Source of the DNA: the human T2T-CHM13v2.0 reference genome, Homo sapiens
Length of the DNA: 64,000 nt
Assembly (NCBI RefSeq): GCF_009914755.1
Contig: NC_060930.1
Reading direction: 5' to 3' (one strand)
Translations under genes and position numbers: made by a program
The notes under the pieces: generated by a model
What the model was told of the DNA's origin: nothing
What the model saw: only the letters and a program-made list of their open reading frames with translations
Databases searched by the model: none
Part shown: positions 28,150-41,939 of the stretch, one piece after another
Position numbering within the stretch: the stretch's first letter is position 1
Layout of the letters: each line of letters begins with the position of its first letter

Positions 28150-28509
28150 TCTTTTTTTTTTATTTTTTTCTTCTTCTTCTTCTTTTTTTTTTTTTTTTTT
28201 TGAGATGGAGTCTGGCTCAATCGCCCAGACTGGGGTGCAGTAGGGCAATCTCGGCTCACTGTAACCTCCACCTCCCAGGTTAAAGCAATTCTCCACCTCA
28301 GCCTCTCGAGTAGCTGGGACTACAGGTATAGTCTGTATACCTGAGATTACAGGCGCCCACCATCATGCCAGGCTAATTTTTGTATTTTTAGTAGAGACAC
28401 AGTTTCACCATGTTGGCCAGGCTGGTCTCGAACTCCCAACTTTCAGTGATCCACCCATCTCGGCCTCCAAAGGTGCTGGGGTTATAGGTGTGAGCCACTG
28501 CACCCGGCC
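28150..28509 (-). mobile_element. AluS with target-site duplication and an internal hairpin insertion
   Basis: Full dimer; TSD agctca(c/t)ttcttttt at 28142 and 28510. Confidence 0.92.
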
Positions 28510-31500
28510 AGCTCATTTCTTTTTGGTGCTGATTGATTTCGTTTGTGTCACACTGGCTGGCTGGTAGAATTCACCAGTACAACCATCTGGGTCTGCTGTC
28601 TAGAAGCTGTTTTAAGTTTATATGTGTATTTCAAGGAACTAGTCTATTTTATCTAATTTATCAAATATGTGAGTGAGAGCTTATTTATACTATTCTCTTA
28701 CTAATCCTGTATTTTATCCATGGGATTAGCAGAATAACACCTCTTTCATTCCTAATATTGGCAATTGGTGTACTCATTTTTCCTTGGTTGCCTGGCTAGA
28801 GATTTATCATTTTACTGATCTTTTCAAAGAACCAGCTTTTTATTTTGTTGATTTTCTCCATTGTTTTCCTGTTTTCAACTTTGTTGATTTCCGCTCTAAT
28901 TTTCAGTATTTACTTTCTTCTGCTCACTGCAGGTTTAATTTGTTTCTCTTTTTCTAGTTTCCAAAGGTGGAAACTGAGGTTATTGATTTTAGGTTCTTTT
29001 TCTTTTCTAATACATCATTTAATGCTACAAATTTTGAAGCACTGTTTCAGCTGTATCCCACATGGTTTCATAAACTGTATTTTCATTAAAATTAAAAATA
29101 TTTAAACATTTTTCTTGAGATTTTTCTTTGATCCATGGGTTATTTAGAAGCATACTGTTTAATTTCCAAATATTTGGAAAATTTCCAGCACTTTTTTCAG
29201 TATTAACTTTTAGTTTAATTCTGTAGTCTCAGAAAGTATTTTGTATGGTTTCTATTCTTTTAAATTTGTTAAGATGTTTTTAATGTCTCAGGATGTGCCC
29301 CTGGGTTATTTGGAAGTGTGATGTTCAGTTACAAGATATTTTTCCAGATTCCTTTCTAATTTAATTCCATTATGGTCAGTGAACACTCTTTGTATGATTT
29401 AAATCCTTCAGAATTAATTGACTTATTTTCCCACCCAGAATATGGTCTATCTTGAAAAATGTTCTGGCTATGCTTGGAAAAAGTGTGCAGTTTGCTGTTG
29501 AGTAGCGTTCTATAAACGCCAATTAAGTCAATGTGGTTGATAGCACTGTTCAAGTCTTCTATAGCCTTCTTGGTTTTCCAACTACTTGATCTATTATCTA
29601 TTGAAGGAAGGGTGCTGAAATCTGACCACAATTGTGAATTTGTCTATTTCTTCCCATGTATACTGAAATTATTTTACTAGGTGCATAAACATTTAAGATC
29701 ATTTATTCTTGATGAGTTCACCACTTTATCATTATGAAACAACTCTATTTATCCCTGGTAATATTCTTTGTTCTAATTTCTACTTTGTCTAATATGAATA
29801 CAGTCACCACAGTTTTAAAAAATCAGTGCTAAAAATGATATTTTTTTCATCCGTTAGCTTATAATCTATTTGTGTCTTTACACATGAAGTGCATTTTTTT
29901 GTAGGCAGCATATAGTTAGTTCTCAAAGCGTTTTGTATGTATTAAATCTGACTGTGAACAATCAATTGAGGTAACTCATTACCTTCAGACTGGCCAATAT
30001 GTGTATTAAATCTGACATTCTTTGCCTTTTAATTATGACAGTTAGACCATTTATGCTTAACATGCTTACTGACATGATTAGGCTGAAATGTACGATCTTG
30101 TTATTTGTTGTCTAATTGCCTCAATTATTCTTTGTTCCTTTTCTTTCTTCTTTTGAATTGATTATTTTTCTCTAGTTTTATCTCCTTTGGCTTATAACTA
30201 TGTTTTGATATCTTCGTGGTTGCTGTAGAGTTTATAGTTATATCTTTAACTTACCATGGTGTACTTCCAAGGGATATACCAGTTCATGTAGAGTATAAAA
30301 ACTTTATAGTTATATTTTTCCTCACCTGACCTTTGTGCAATTATTGTTGTACCTTTTGCTTTTATATGTTATATACCCCATTTGCTATTTTTGTTTAAAC
30401 CATCTTTTAAAAAATATTAATAATAATCATCATCGTATGTATTTATTTACCTAGGTGGTTGCCATTTCTGGTGCTCTTTACTGCTATCTGGCATTATTTT
30501 CCTTCTTTATTAAATCAACTGACAATAAATGTGAGAGTTTAAAAAAAAAGATTTCCTTTAGTATTTCTTACACTGTGGGTCTACTGGTGATTAATTCTTT
30601 CAGCTTTAGTACATCTGAAAAAGTCTTTATTTCACCTGTTATTTTCCTACCAAAGAAAGTGCTTGCATGTTTCACCTTTTTTGAAAGATATTGTCACAAC
30701 TATAGATTTCTAGATTAACAGTTTTAGCTTTCACTACTTGGAAGGTGTCTTTCCACTGTCTTCTGGATTACATTCCTTCTGACAGGAAGCCTTCTGTCAT
30801 GTTTGTTCCTCTGAATGTATAGTTTTTTCTTCTCTGCTTTAAAATCTGTCTTTACTACTGGTTTTAAACTATTTGATTACGGTGTCCCTTGGTGTAGTTT
30901 TCTTCATGTTTTTGTGCTTGCTTGATATTTATTTAACTTAGATTTGTGGATTTATTGTTTTCATCAAATTTGGCAAGGCTTCAGCCATTATATCTTTATT
31001 TTCTGTCCTCTCCCTCCTTTGGGGACTCCAATTACATACATATTTGGTCATTTCAAGTTGTCCCACAGCTCACTGATGTGCTATTCACTTTTTTCTAGTT
31101 TTTTTTTTTTTTTTCCATTCAGTATCTCATTTTGTATAATTGCTATGCAGTGTATTTTGGGATTTTAATCCTATCCAGTGTATTTTTCAACTCAGGTGTT
31201 TATAAAATGTCTAGAGGTCTAGAAGTTCAATTTAGGTCTTTTTATAGCTTCCATCTTTTCTTAACCACCTTATGCTTTCCACTACCATCTTGAGTATATG
31301 GAACATAGTAACAATAACTATTTGAATATCCTTATTAAATCTATTTAATTTATTTTAGTACCTCCACTTATTAGATGTGTGTCACTTCTGGGTCTGTTTC
31401 TATTGATTGAGTTTTCTCTTCACTGTTGAATTTTCCTGCTTCTCTGCACATCTGGTAAATTCTGACTGAATGCTACATATTGCATACTTTATTAATGGGT

Positions 31501-31586
31501 GCTGGATATTTTGTATTTCCTTAAATATCCTTGAGCTTTGTTCTGGGATACAGTTAAGCTACTTCAAACAATTTGATCCTTCAAAC

Positions 31587-31815
31587 CAAGTGTCTGCAAA
31601 CTAGGCCCACAGGCCAAATCTGGACCACTGCCTATTTCTATAAATAAAATTTTATTGGAATACATTCTGATACATGTAAATACATTTGCTTACAAATTGT
31701 TTATGGCTGTTTTAACACTAGAAGGGCAGAAGTGAGTAGTTAAAACAGAGACTACATGGCCCACATATCCTAAAATATTTTCCATCTGGCCCTTTACAAA
31801 ACAGTTTTATGACCT
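31587..31815. mobile_element. MER58A-like hAT-Charlie element
   Basis: gcaaactaggcccacaggccaaatctgg...tctggccctttacaaaacagttt. Confidence 0.75.
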
Positions 31816-32669
31816 GTCTTGAATGGCTTACTTTTAAGATTTTTTAGGCAGGATCAGATTAGACTAGTCTAGGGCTAATTTTGCCTCATCGCTGAAGCAT
31901 TAGTCTTCTGAGTACACCATCTAATCCCACTTATATACAAGGTTTTTCCACTCTGAATGGTGGGGGTGGGGTGGGGGGGACACACTCTTCACTGCCTTAT
32001 ATGAGCTACTTTCTTCTTCCCAGTGCCTCTTTCCTCATCCATGGGTAGTTCTCTTATGCATATGCACTAATCAGCACTCGGCTGAAGCCTCCAGGAGAGC
32101 CCTCTGAAGATCTCTGGAGCTCACTCTCTGTGTAACTAACTCTCTCTTCTCTGGTACTCTGTCCTTCAAATTCTAGCTGCCTCAGCCTCCCAGAATTCCT
32201 AACTCCATCATCTCAACCTAGGATAAGCTGTGTTTGGGTTCTGCCTTCCTGCACTGCAGCCTGGGGCAAATCATTTGTTTTTTCCTTCTCTCAGGGTTCA
32301 CTGTCTCGTGCCACTTGTCCAATGTCGGAATGCCTTTGTTTCATATGTTTTATGGGCTTTTTGTGTGTGTCGGTTTGTTAGGCTATTTTAGGCGAGAGAA
32401 TAACTCCAGTTCCTGTTATTACAAGATGGCTGGAAGCAGAGGTCCTCTCAGTACGAAGTTCCAATCCTTTATATTTGCCTTAGTGCTTTATATTTACAAT
32501 AAATTGTCCCAGCTCAAGCCATTTACCCAATTCTATGATCAGTCAGCAACTAGAGAAGGGTGTAATAAGCAAAGTCAAACTACTATAGCATCCCTTTCCC
32601 CAATCCCACTTTCCTATCTTTGTGGGATATATATGGTGGACTTGGTTTTTAAGATTTTTCTTTTTCATT

Positions 32670-34750
32670 AAACCAGCATTTATTGAGTGGTTGTTTTTCC
32701 TGGCATTGTTCTAGGTGCTGGGGATTCACCACTGTGAACAAAACACGCAAAAATTCCTACCCTTGTGAAGCGCACCAATGAATTAAGCTTATCTTTGAAT
32801 TAATTGTTTCTAGTAGCTTAACTGTATCCCATAACAAAGCTCAAGTAAAATATGTATCAGATGGTGATTTTAAAAAAAAAAGTAATGAAGAGACAGGAAG
32901 TGCTAAGAGATTTAGCAGTGAAAACAGTGTCAATTTAAAACAGGCTGGTCAGGGAAAAAGGCATGGGTGAGAGGATGACAATTTAGCGAGGATCTGAAGG
33001 AGGTAAGGATGTAAGTCATGTGGCTATTTCTGGGTACAATAATTGCAAAACTCGATGCAGAAACAAGAAAACTGGTATGGCTAAAGCAGTCAGTGAAGGG
33101 AAGCGGTAAAAGATTAGGCCAGAAGTAATGGGACCCATAGCACATAGGAGATGATAAGCCTCCGTAAGCGAGATGGGAAGGACTGGAGACACTGGAGCAG
33201 AAAAGTAACACGATCAGACTTAACAGTTTTAAATAATTTATCGGGCTGTTGTGTGGAGAGTGAATTCTAGGGGAGAAAGTATGAAACCAGGGAGACCAGT
33301 TAGAAGGCTACTCTTATAAAGAGATGATGAAGGCGTGCACCAGTGCAGTAGCAGAAGAGCTGGGGAGAAGTGGTCACCTTCTGGATTTATGGAAGGTGGG
33401 GCTGACAGTATCTCCTGACAGCTGAATGTGTAGAGGGTGAGAGAGACGAAATGAGGATGCTGCAAAGGCACCTGGCCTGTGCAACTGGAAGAAGAGTCTT
33501 CCTCATCTCGGTAAATGGCTACTTAGGATGAAGGAAGTTTGGTTGGGAACAGAGAAGAACTCAGGAGCTCAGGTGCAGACATGTTAGGTTTGATATGCCT
33601 ATTAGACATCCAGCAATTGGATATTTTAATCTGGAGTTTAGAGAAGAGGTCCATACTGGAGACAATTTAGTAGCTGCCAGCATATATGTATTTAAAGCCA
33701 TAAAAATGAATGGGAGCAGCTAGGGAGTGAGAATCGACAGAGGACAAGTACAGAGACTGTGCTCAGGGACAGCCAATGTTTGGAGGTCAGGACAATGAGG
33801 ATGAAACTGCAAGAAAGATAAGAGTAGTCACATGCAATAGGAAGGCAGTTGGGAAAGTGTGCAGACTCAGAAGACAAGAGAAGAACATACTTCACAGAGC
33901 AGCATGATCAGTGGGGTCAGTGCTTCTGACAGGTCAAGGAAGATACAGACTGAGAATTAATGGTTGAGTTTGCAATATGAAGGTCGCTGGTGACACTTGA
34001 GAACTTTGGTGGAATGCCCAGACAGAACTGAGAAATTGTGTAAAAGGAAGCAGGGACATTAAATGGGGTAGTAAGTAGAGAGGAATGGGAGTTAAATAAT
34101 TTTTTTAAGTAAAGCAGGGAGGTGGGAATGCATGATGCAGGAGAGAGAAGGGACAACTACTGTAGCTATATCCTTGAGCAGGTGAGAGGAGATGGGACTA
34201 AGAATATAAGTACAAGGGTAAGCTTTAAATTGAGCATGGCTGGGTATCTTTCTCCAGCTACGTTCAGCTGCACTGCTGCAGGCATGGAATCAGCAAACCA
34301 AGGCACTGGGATATAGATGGCTAAGTACAACAAAGCAAAGGGGAGGGACAGAGAAGATGAGTGGATGAGTGATTTTAATGAGAGGGTAGGCTATTGACGT
34401 TGAGTAAGGGAGGATGTGAGATATGAAGGAAGTGTGCTGCAGTGTAAAAGTTGTATGTCTAGGTGGAGTTAAAAATGTGTTGGAGTGGGAGGACAGATGG
34501 AGAATGGGGTGCTGGGACTCAAGATCATGGAGTGAGAGCAGTTCTTATTAATGACTAGGCCCACAGTATGACTATGGGAGAAAGTTGCTAATGTGGTTTG
34601 GAAGACAAGGTCATTGAAGGAGAGGAAATCAAGAAACCGAGAAGCCAGGCTGTTAAGACTCTACGAAGCCTGAAAATCACCAAGAATTAGGACACATTAG
34701 TCTTACAGGGAAGGACAGCTCCTGAATCTTCAAGGAATAAGGAACAATGA
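32670..34750. mobile_element. Long L2 remnant
   Basis: catttattgag start; atgttaggtttgatatgcctattagacatcca and gggagaccagttagaaggcta are L2 hallmarks. Confidence 0.7.
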
Positions 34751-35843
34751 TGTATTTTTACTTTCCAGATTTTAAATTTTTATGTTGTCTTATAACTATA
34801 TTTATAATAATGATTTAGGCCTAACTCCAAGTCAGCTGTTTTAAGCTAATCCAACTGTCCTTTTATGGTCCAACTTGCGTTCTGCTCAAATGTCCTTCTT
34901 CTCTTTCACTATCATTCTGAAAAATGTACAATTAATTCTGTCATTTATATCAGTTTCCTAAATTCTAAAGCAAAATTTCTCAAACTTTTCTGTGGAGCAC
35001 CAGTTCAATGGTATATTTGGTGAGGTAGGGGTTGTATGGTGAAATATGCTGGAGAAACACCACAGACCAAAGGCCATCGATAATCACTTGTTGGAAACAA
35101 ACAAGTCTAATTTGATTTTAACTCAGCTTTTTTCCCAAACTTAAATGACCATATGCTCATTTTCCATATAATATCAGTTAACATCCTAAGGAATGAGTAT
35201 GCCAAGGTAGGTACTATCGGGAAGACTGTATTAGAGGTGCGTGTCTTCTTGGTGGCTTCAAAAGAGGTGAAACAGAACCTGCTAGAACAAGATTCAAGAT
35301 ACAGACTTAGAATCTGTCAGAGAATGCAAATCCTTGTTAAGTTACTTTGTAACAATATTCTCCTCTCCTGCTAAGATGATGAAAAACAAAACCATCTCAG
35401 AAAATAACTTCTCAAAGATGTATTTAAAATTGGTTTAGTATATTTCAATTCTCCTCCGTAAAAATGACACTTCATAGACTATTTAAAAACAAAGATACAT
35501 AAATATGTTTTGGAGGAAGACTAATGCCCAACAGGACGTCTGCATCTATATACAACCTCAGCTCTGCCCTTTGCTCCCACTAACCATAACTCTGATAAGA
35601 AGTCACTATAAGGAAACAAATGCCCCTAGGCCAAGACATGTACTTCAAAAATCATTATCAAAATAACTATTATCTAAGAGTACCAGAAAAAGTGAGACAG
35701 ACTTTAAAATAATTTAAGAACCAAATAACAAAAAAGTTTTGCTCCAATTTTTGCTCTAGGAGCTCTAAAAAACCATTATCAAGTTATTAGAGAAGACAAG
35801 GTATTGGGGGAAGAGGATAAAAGAAACTGAAATATCAGCTTAC

Positions 35844-35883
35844 AAAAGCCAATCACGATGTTTATGAATCAGGCAGGAACAAT
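35844..35883 (-). other. PLAGL1: PLAGL1 40-nt 5' UTR cassette exon
   Basis: Minus strand: tttttatttttgtttgcag|ATTGTTCCTGCCTGATTCATAAACATCGTGATTGGCTTTT|gtaagc. Confidence 0.72.
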
Positions 35884-35929
35884 CTGCAAACAAAAATAAA
35901 AATTACTAGTTTTGTATAATATTTGCACA

Positions 35930-36260
35930 TGCATTTGTTAATTATAATTTTGAGATCACTGTAGGTTCATATGCAATTTTAAAAGAGGCTTTACTCAGTC
36001 TCCCACAATAGTAACATTTCACAAAACAACAGTACAATATCACAACCGATATGTTTATATTAATACCATCTACTAGTCTATCGCGATTTCCCATTTAATT
36101 GTATTAGTGTGTTTTATAGTTTTATCACATGTGTAGGCTCACATATCTACCACTAGTCAAAATATTGAACAGTTCCATCACAAGGATCCATCATGTTGCC
36201 CTTTTACAATCACACACCACCTCCTTTGCCAAAATCTCTTTCTGCCCCTGACCCATTGCA
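35930..36260 (-). mobile_element. L1M 3' fragment
   Basis: ttttgagatcactgtaggttcatatgca...cagttccatcacaagg. Confidence 0.55.
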
Positions 36261-36606
36261 CATCTATTTTTAACACTAAAATAATAACAGCCATTTACAA
36301 AAAGTATTTCATTCCTTGTCCATAGTTCTATGTCTACTACTACTACTACTACTTCCTATATGTCAAATCTTGAATGAATACTTTTAGTTTTCTGCATTAA
36401 AGGTTTAGTTTAAGGAATACCTTCTCCAGGGAGAAGTTTTTCTCATTGTTAGCATGGCATAGATCACTCATTTCAAAAATCAAAACGCAAAAAGTAAGGG
36501 AGTCAGAAATGTTGTCTGCACTCACAGATTCCATATTTTCAATATATTACTAACAAGAAACCTCTGAGTGCTTACCATCGGCCAAGCTACATATTATATA
36601 TTATTA

Positions 36607-36712
36607 TGTGTGTGTGTGTGTGTGTGTGTATACACACACATATATATAAAAGATATATATACACATATATATCAAATTATATATATATAAAATTATATAT
36701 ATATATATATAT
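36607..36712. repeat. (TG)n/(CA)n/(TA)n compound microsatellite inside a MIR (about 36550-36880)
   Basis: Direct reading; the MIR continues with ggagaaaattgaggcaccaagaggttt. Confidence 0.9.
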
Positions 36713-37901
36713 CATTTAATCCTTTTACCAAACCTTTGATGTATGCACATTGACCCTGTTTGGCCCAGGAGAAAATTGAGGCACCAAGAGGTTTACAAGT
36801 TGCCTGAAGTCAAACAACTAGCAAGTGGCAAATCCTGGAACCTGGGACCAGACTCTGGGCACCCAGACTCTACCATCCCTCAAGGAAACCCATGATAAAG
36901 TCAAGATGTTTTGATGTCATCATTCATTGCTATGACAAATAAATCACCTAATTATTGGTAAGCTTCATTTTAACATACCAGAATTCAACAAGGAAAATGT
37001 CCAAAGCAATGATGTGTAAAATGGAAGGAGTATTTTATTCAAGCATGAAATCATAGGAAATTGCCAAAAACAAAGGTTGGGACATGCAGAAAAGACTTTA
37101 TATTATAGCAACAAACTGTTCACCAGCCCTAAAAAGATAGTCTTAACATTCGTTGGGGATTGACAGGCAGCAGTTTATACATAGTCAAGATTACTCTTGA
37201 AAAAGACATATTCAATTGAGCAGAGATGATGATGGGAGAACTGAAATTTTTGAACAGATAAAAGCTTCAAAATTAGGCTCTTCAGCCAATAGAGACATCT
37301 AAAACTCCAAAGATCATGTTCAGATTATAGTAATTTGACAGACACCTATTGTGACAAACTTTCTGTAGGTTTATTAGCTTAATAATATAGCATTATTACT
37401 GAGGACTAATATTCTCTTCTGTGAAACTACACAGCACATTTATGCATAGCTGTGACAGTTTTGCCTATCATTCAACAGTGCTTAAAAGGCGCCTGCTCAA
37501 TAAGCCATTGATATGCTGCCCCAAATACCCTGGCGAGGCTTTCTTTACAGTGCTAATTTTACAGACGTCTCCTGGATGATCTAAGTTCAAGAGGCAGCCA
37601 GGGGAGGAGAATGCATTATTAGCATGGTTTGGTGTGCGTATAACCAAGTTATACATAGGAACTAGGGAAATGGAGCTCTGAAGTTCATCTTCCACAGGAA
37701 GATACATGCTATTATTCTTGACTTTCTGGGAGGGAAGTTAATTCATTACTTCGTTAACACTGAAATATATTAAAAACATTTTCAGTTAAAAGGTAGCTAA
37801 AAAGAAACCTTTAAATTAAAATGCTTACATCTTACGAGATTTCTAGAAATCACTATTAATTGATTTTAACTAGCTTTATAATCTCCCCCAGTTACTCAAG
37901 G

Positions 37902-38137
37902 CTTTTATTTATTTATTTATTTATTTAGAGACAGGGTCTCTGTCACCCAGACTGAAGTGTGGTGACGTGATCAAGGTTCACTGCAACCTTGATCTCGTGG
38001 GCTTAATTGATCCTCCCACCTCAGCCTCCGAACACAGCAGAGTTAATGGCAGGTTGGCTCTACTTCATCAGAGGTTCTGGAGGAGGAAACCAAGATCTTC
38101 CCTGAAAGGCAAGATCTGGCATGTGCCACCACACTGG

Positions 38138-38169
<32 letters not shown>

Positions 38170-38232
38170 GTAGAGACAAGGTGTCACTATATTGCCCAGG
38201 CTAGTCTTGAATTCCTGGGCCCAAGAGATTCT
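37902..38232 (-). mobile_element. AluJ-like element with a 90-bp foreign insertion and a long internal T tract
   Basis: (ttta)n tail, gagacagggtctctgtcacccag...ggcctcccaaagt; insertion at 38033-38122. Confidence 0.88.
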
Positions 38233-39312
38233 CCCACCTTGGCCTCCCAAAGTAAAAACTCACATTTTCTTAAAGGTGGGTAAGCAAAAGATCAGGGTGA
38301 AGGAAACCCTCTCCTTTTCAGACACCACCCTACGATGCCTGTTTGCCCTTCTTCACCAAGAAGCCAGCTGTCCGTGGCTGGGCCAGCGTGACAGACTCAG
38401 GGGACATTGGATACAGCTCTCTTTTCAATGGCTCCTAGAGTTAAGACTTTTATAAGCATTATTATTTCAAGAAAACACTGTGTCCTGGTCTTCTTAAGTA
38501 AATACAAGGCAGATGGTAACCTTAATTTTCTCTGAAAACTCTGTCTAAAACATGGGACAAAATAGATGTCAACGTTCTAAGAATGAAGAAAAATCAGAAT
38601 TCCTCATTTATCTCCAATTCTTCTCCCAGGGAAATACATATACAAAGCCTCCTTGAAGTTTAACATGACTTGTTTCTCATATCTTTCTAAAAGCATATTG
38701 TTTATTTAGAATAACCTTTCTATCTTGTCTGCCAAGCTTTTCCCATACATATAAGATAAAAACTGAGAAACACTTTTCCATTCCCAGTGATGTTTGTCCA
38801 GTAAGTCTTGGTAAGTAATAACGATTATGCCTAAACTAACATCACTCTTCCTCTGCGGCTAAACACAGTCATCTGGTGGTGTACGGTATGACCTGTATGG
38901 TTCCTCAGTGGTTCACCATTCTAGAACATCCTACAAGATTAACTAAATTTTTCAAGTTTGTGTATCACCTCAGCTGTAACATTTATGTTTATGTCACTGT
39001 TTTTAAGTTGTTAAATTCTTAGAGGATAAAGACTATATCTGTATAACTTAGTTTACAAATAATAGCCATGCACGAACATCCCATAAATGCCCTTGGCAGT
39101 GATGAGTACAATCACAGCAGAGTTAATGGTAGGTTGGCTCCACTTCATCAGAGGTTCTGGAGGAGGAAACTAAGATCTTCCCTGAAAGGCAAGACCTGGC
39201 ATCAGGGGCTACTGTGGGCACTTTCCTTTGAATTGCATTTATCTGCCAGGAAGATGATATCCTTTATTGTTTTACATGAAAGCATTTGAAAATTCTAAAA
39301 ACTGACCATGCC

Positions 39313-39664
39313 TGCCTTGGTCAGTTCAGGTTGTAATAACAAAGTGCCATAGACTGGATGGCTGACACATTTATTTTTCACAGTTCTGGAGGGGAGAAGT
39401 CTGAGATCATGGTGCCAGCATGGGCAGGTTTTGGTGAGGAACCTCCTCCAACTGTCTACTGCTGGCTCTCCTATCCTCACAAGGTAGGAAGAAAAGCCAG
39501 CTAGTTCTCTGTCCTTTTCTTATAAAGGCACTAATCCCATTCCTGAGGGCTCCACCCTTATGGCCCAATTTCTTCCCTAAGGCCCCACCTTCAAATACCA
39601 TTTCATTAGGATTAGGGTTTCAACACATGGCTTTTGGGGGGACACACACATTCAGTTCATTGCA
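39313..39664 (-). mobile_element. MaLR solo LTR (MST/MLT1A-like)
   Basis: cacagttctggagg...ggtgccagcatgg...tataaaggcactaatcccatt...cattcagttcattgca. Confidence 0.8.
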
Positions 39665-39977
39665 ATGCCCTTACATAGACATGAAGACAGGTCACGTATG
39701 TTTGAAATAACTCATGGTCTGCAAAATCTCACACCAAAAATAACAGAGGGAGAAAAATTCAGAGTAGACCACTCAAAACCTATGCACTTTTGTAATCACA
39801 GCGCTAACCAAATAATAATGCATACCTCAGGGATAACTTGGAAAGCCCAGATAGGCAGCTCAGTGTGTCTGGGGGTGCCCCAGGGGACATTAAAAACGCA
39901 CAGAAACAATAGAGTGGAAAGGCTACTACAGTAGAAATGCAGGGAGGACTCAGAGATGAGTTCTCATCCCTGGAGAG

Positions 39978-40430
39978 TGTGATATGACAGTGAATTGTGT
40001 CAACGTGACTGTGCCACAAGTGCCAGGTTAAACATTATTTCTGGCTACGTCCATGCAGGTATTTCTGGATGAAATCAACACTTGTGTTGGTGGAGTTCGG
40101 AGCATACCACCCTCCCAAATATGGGCTGGCATCATCCAATCCACTGAGGGCCCGAATAGAACAAAAAGGTGGAAGGAGGAGGAATTCACCCCCTTTTCTT
40201 CCTGCCTGCCTGAGCTGGGACATCAGTCTCCTCCTGTCCTTGGACTGGGATTTATACCCCTGGTTCCTCTGCTTCTCAGGCGTTCAGCCTTGGACCAGAA
40301 TCACACCACCAGCTTTCCCGAGTCTCCAGCTTGCAGACAGTTGACTGTGGGATTTCTCAGCCTTCATAATCATCAGGGTCAATTCTTTGTAATCAATCTC
40401 TCTTTCTCTCTCCATATATGTATCCATGGG
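39978..40430 (+). mobile_element. MLT2-family (ERVL) LTR
   Basis: tgtgtcaacgtgactg...ggcatcatccaatccactgaggg...ccagcttgcagacag. Confidence 0.78.
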
Positions 40431-40817
40431 TAAACATACATACACTCTAACTCTGCCAACTCAAATTCACTTGGGTTCTAGAAACTGCCCAACAATTATG
40501 CAACATTTCCCTAATCTTTGGTCATTTCATTTCACACCTTCTCTCCTATCTTCCAATTGCCTTCCCCACTCCTAATACTTAACACATAACATCTCTCTGT
40601 TAACATCCCTACTTAATGCTTCTGTGAGAAAACAAAAGCTGTTGGATAGGGCATCTCTGCCTTCTATCTCTAAACTCAGAAACTTCCCCATATCCACAGG
40701 AGGATGCACCCTCCCTAAAACCAGAGGCCAACTCCACCTCTCTATTCAAAATTTCTTATACATTATCTTCTCCCTTTTTACTAAAGATACTTGTCATCGA
40801 CACATACTATGCTCTGA

Positions 40818-41384
<567 letters not shown>

Positions 41385-41939
41385 TAGGTTGAGATAGTAA
41401 AAACGTACCTTCCCTTCAAGATATGCAAGAGCCCAGAGCTGCCCCAAGGCACTCTTTTCAGGATATTAAAGACTTCATCTTCCCGGGACCCAACCCCTCT
41501 TTCCTCCCTTGTGTCATGCCGCTGCATTATATATCAGACACATTCCTTAGAATATCTCATTGTTTTTCATTATTTTTAATTGAGAAAAAGGACCTTGCTT
41601 TGCCTATGAATGTTTTCTGTGTTGACCACTTGGTGTCAATTATTTAATTGTTCCAACCACATGAGAATAGGTGGCTTTAGCCCCTTTGTACAAATAAGAA
41701 AATTGTGGCGGAGAAAGAATAAAACCTTTCCCAACATCAGACAGATAATAAGCATTTCATTGTTTCTTAGTTGTTTCCATTAGATGATGGCAAGATAGGG
41801 GCATCACTCTGACAGATGTGACATTGTCCCATTATGTCCACAAGGTTGGAAAACCTAGAACTGATGCAAATTTGCTATGAAGAAACACCTCAGAAACTGA
41901 CTTATATATCATAATGGAACTTTATGATGAGGATTTTAA

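Larger units (their letters stand above)
27590..32450 (-). mobile_element. Large composite of old L1M fragments with nested Alu and MER58
   Basis: T-rich antisense L1 ORF2/ORF1 remnants (tgatcttttcaaagaaccagctttt; cagaatatggtctatcttg). ORF 29356..29631 resembles a degraded L1 endonuclease region. Confidence 0.75.
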
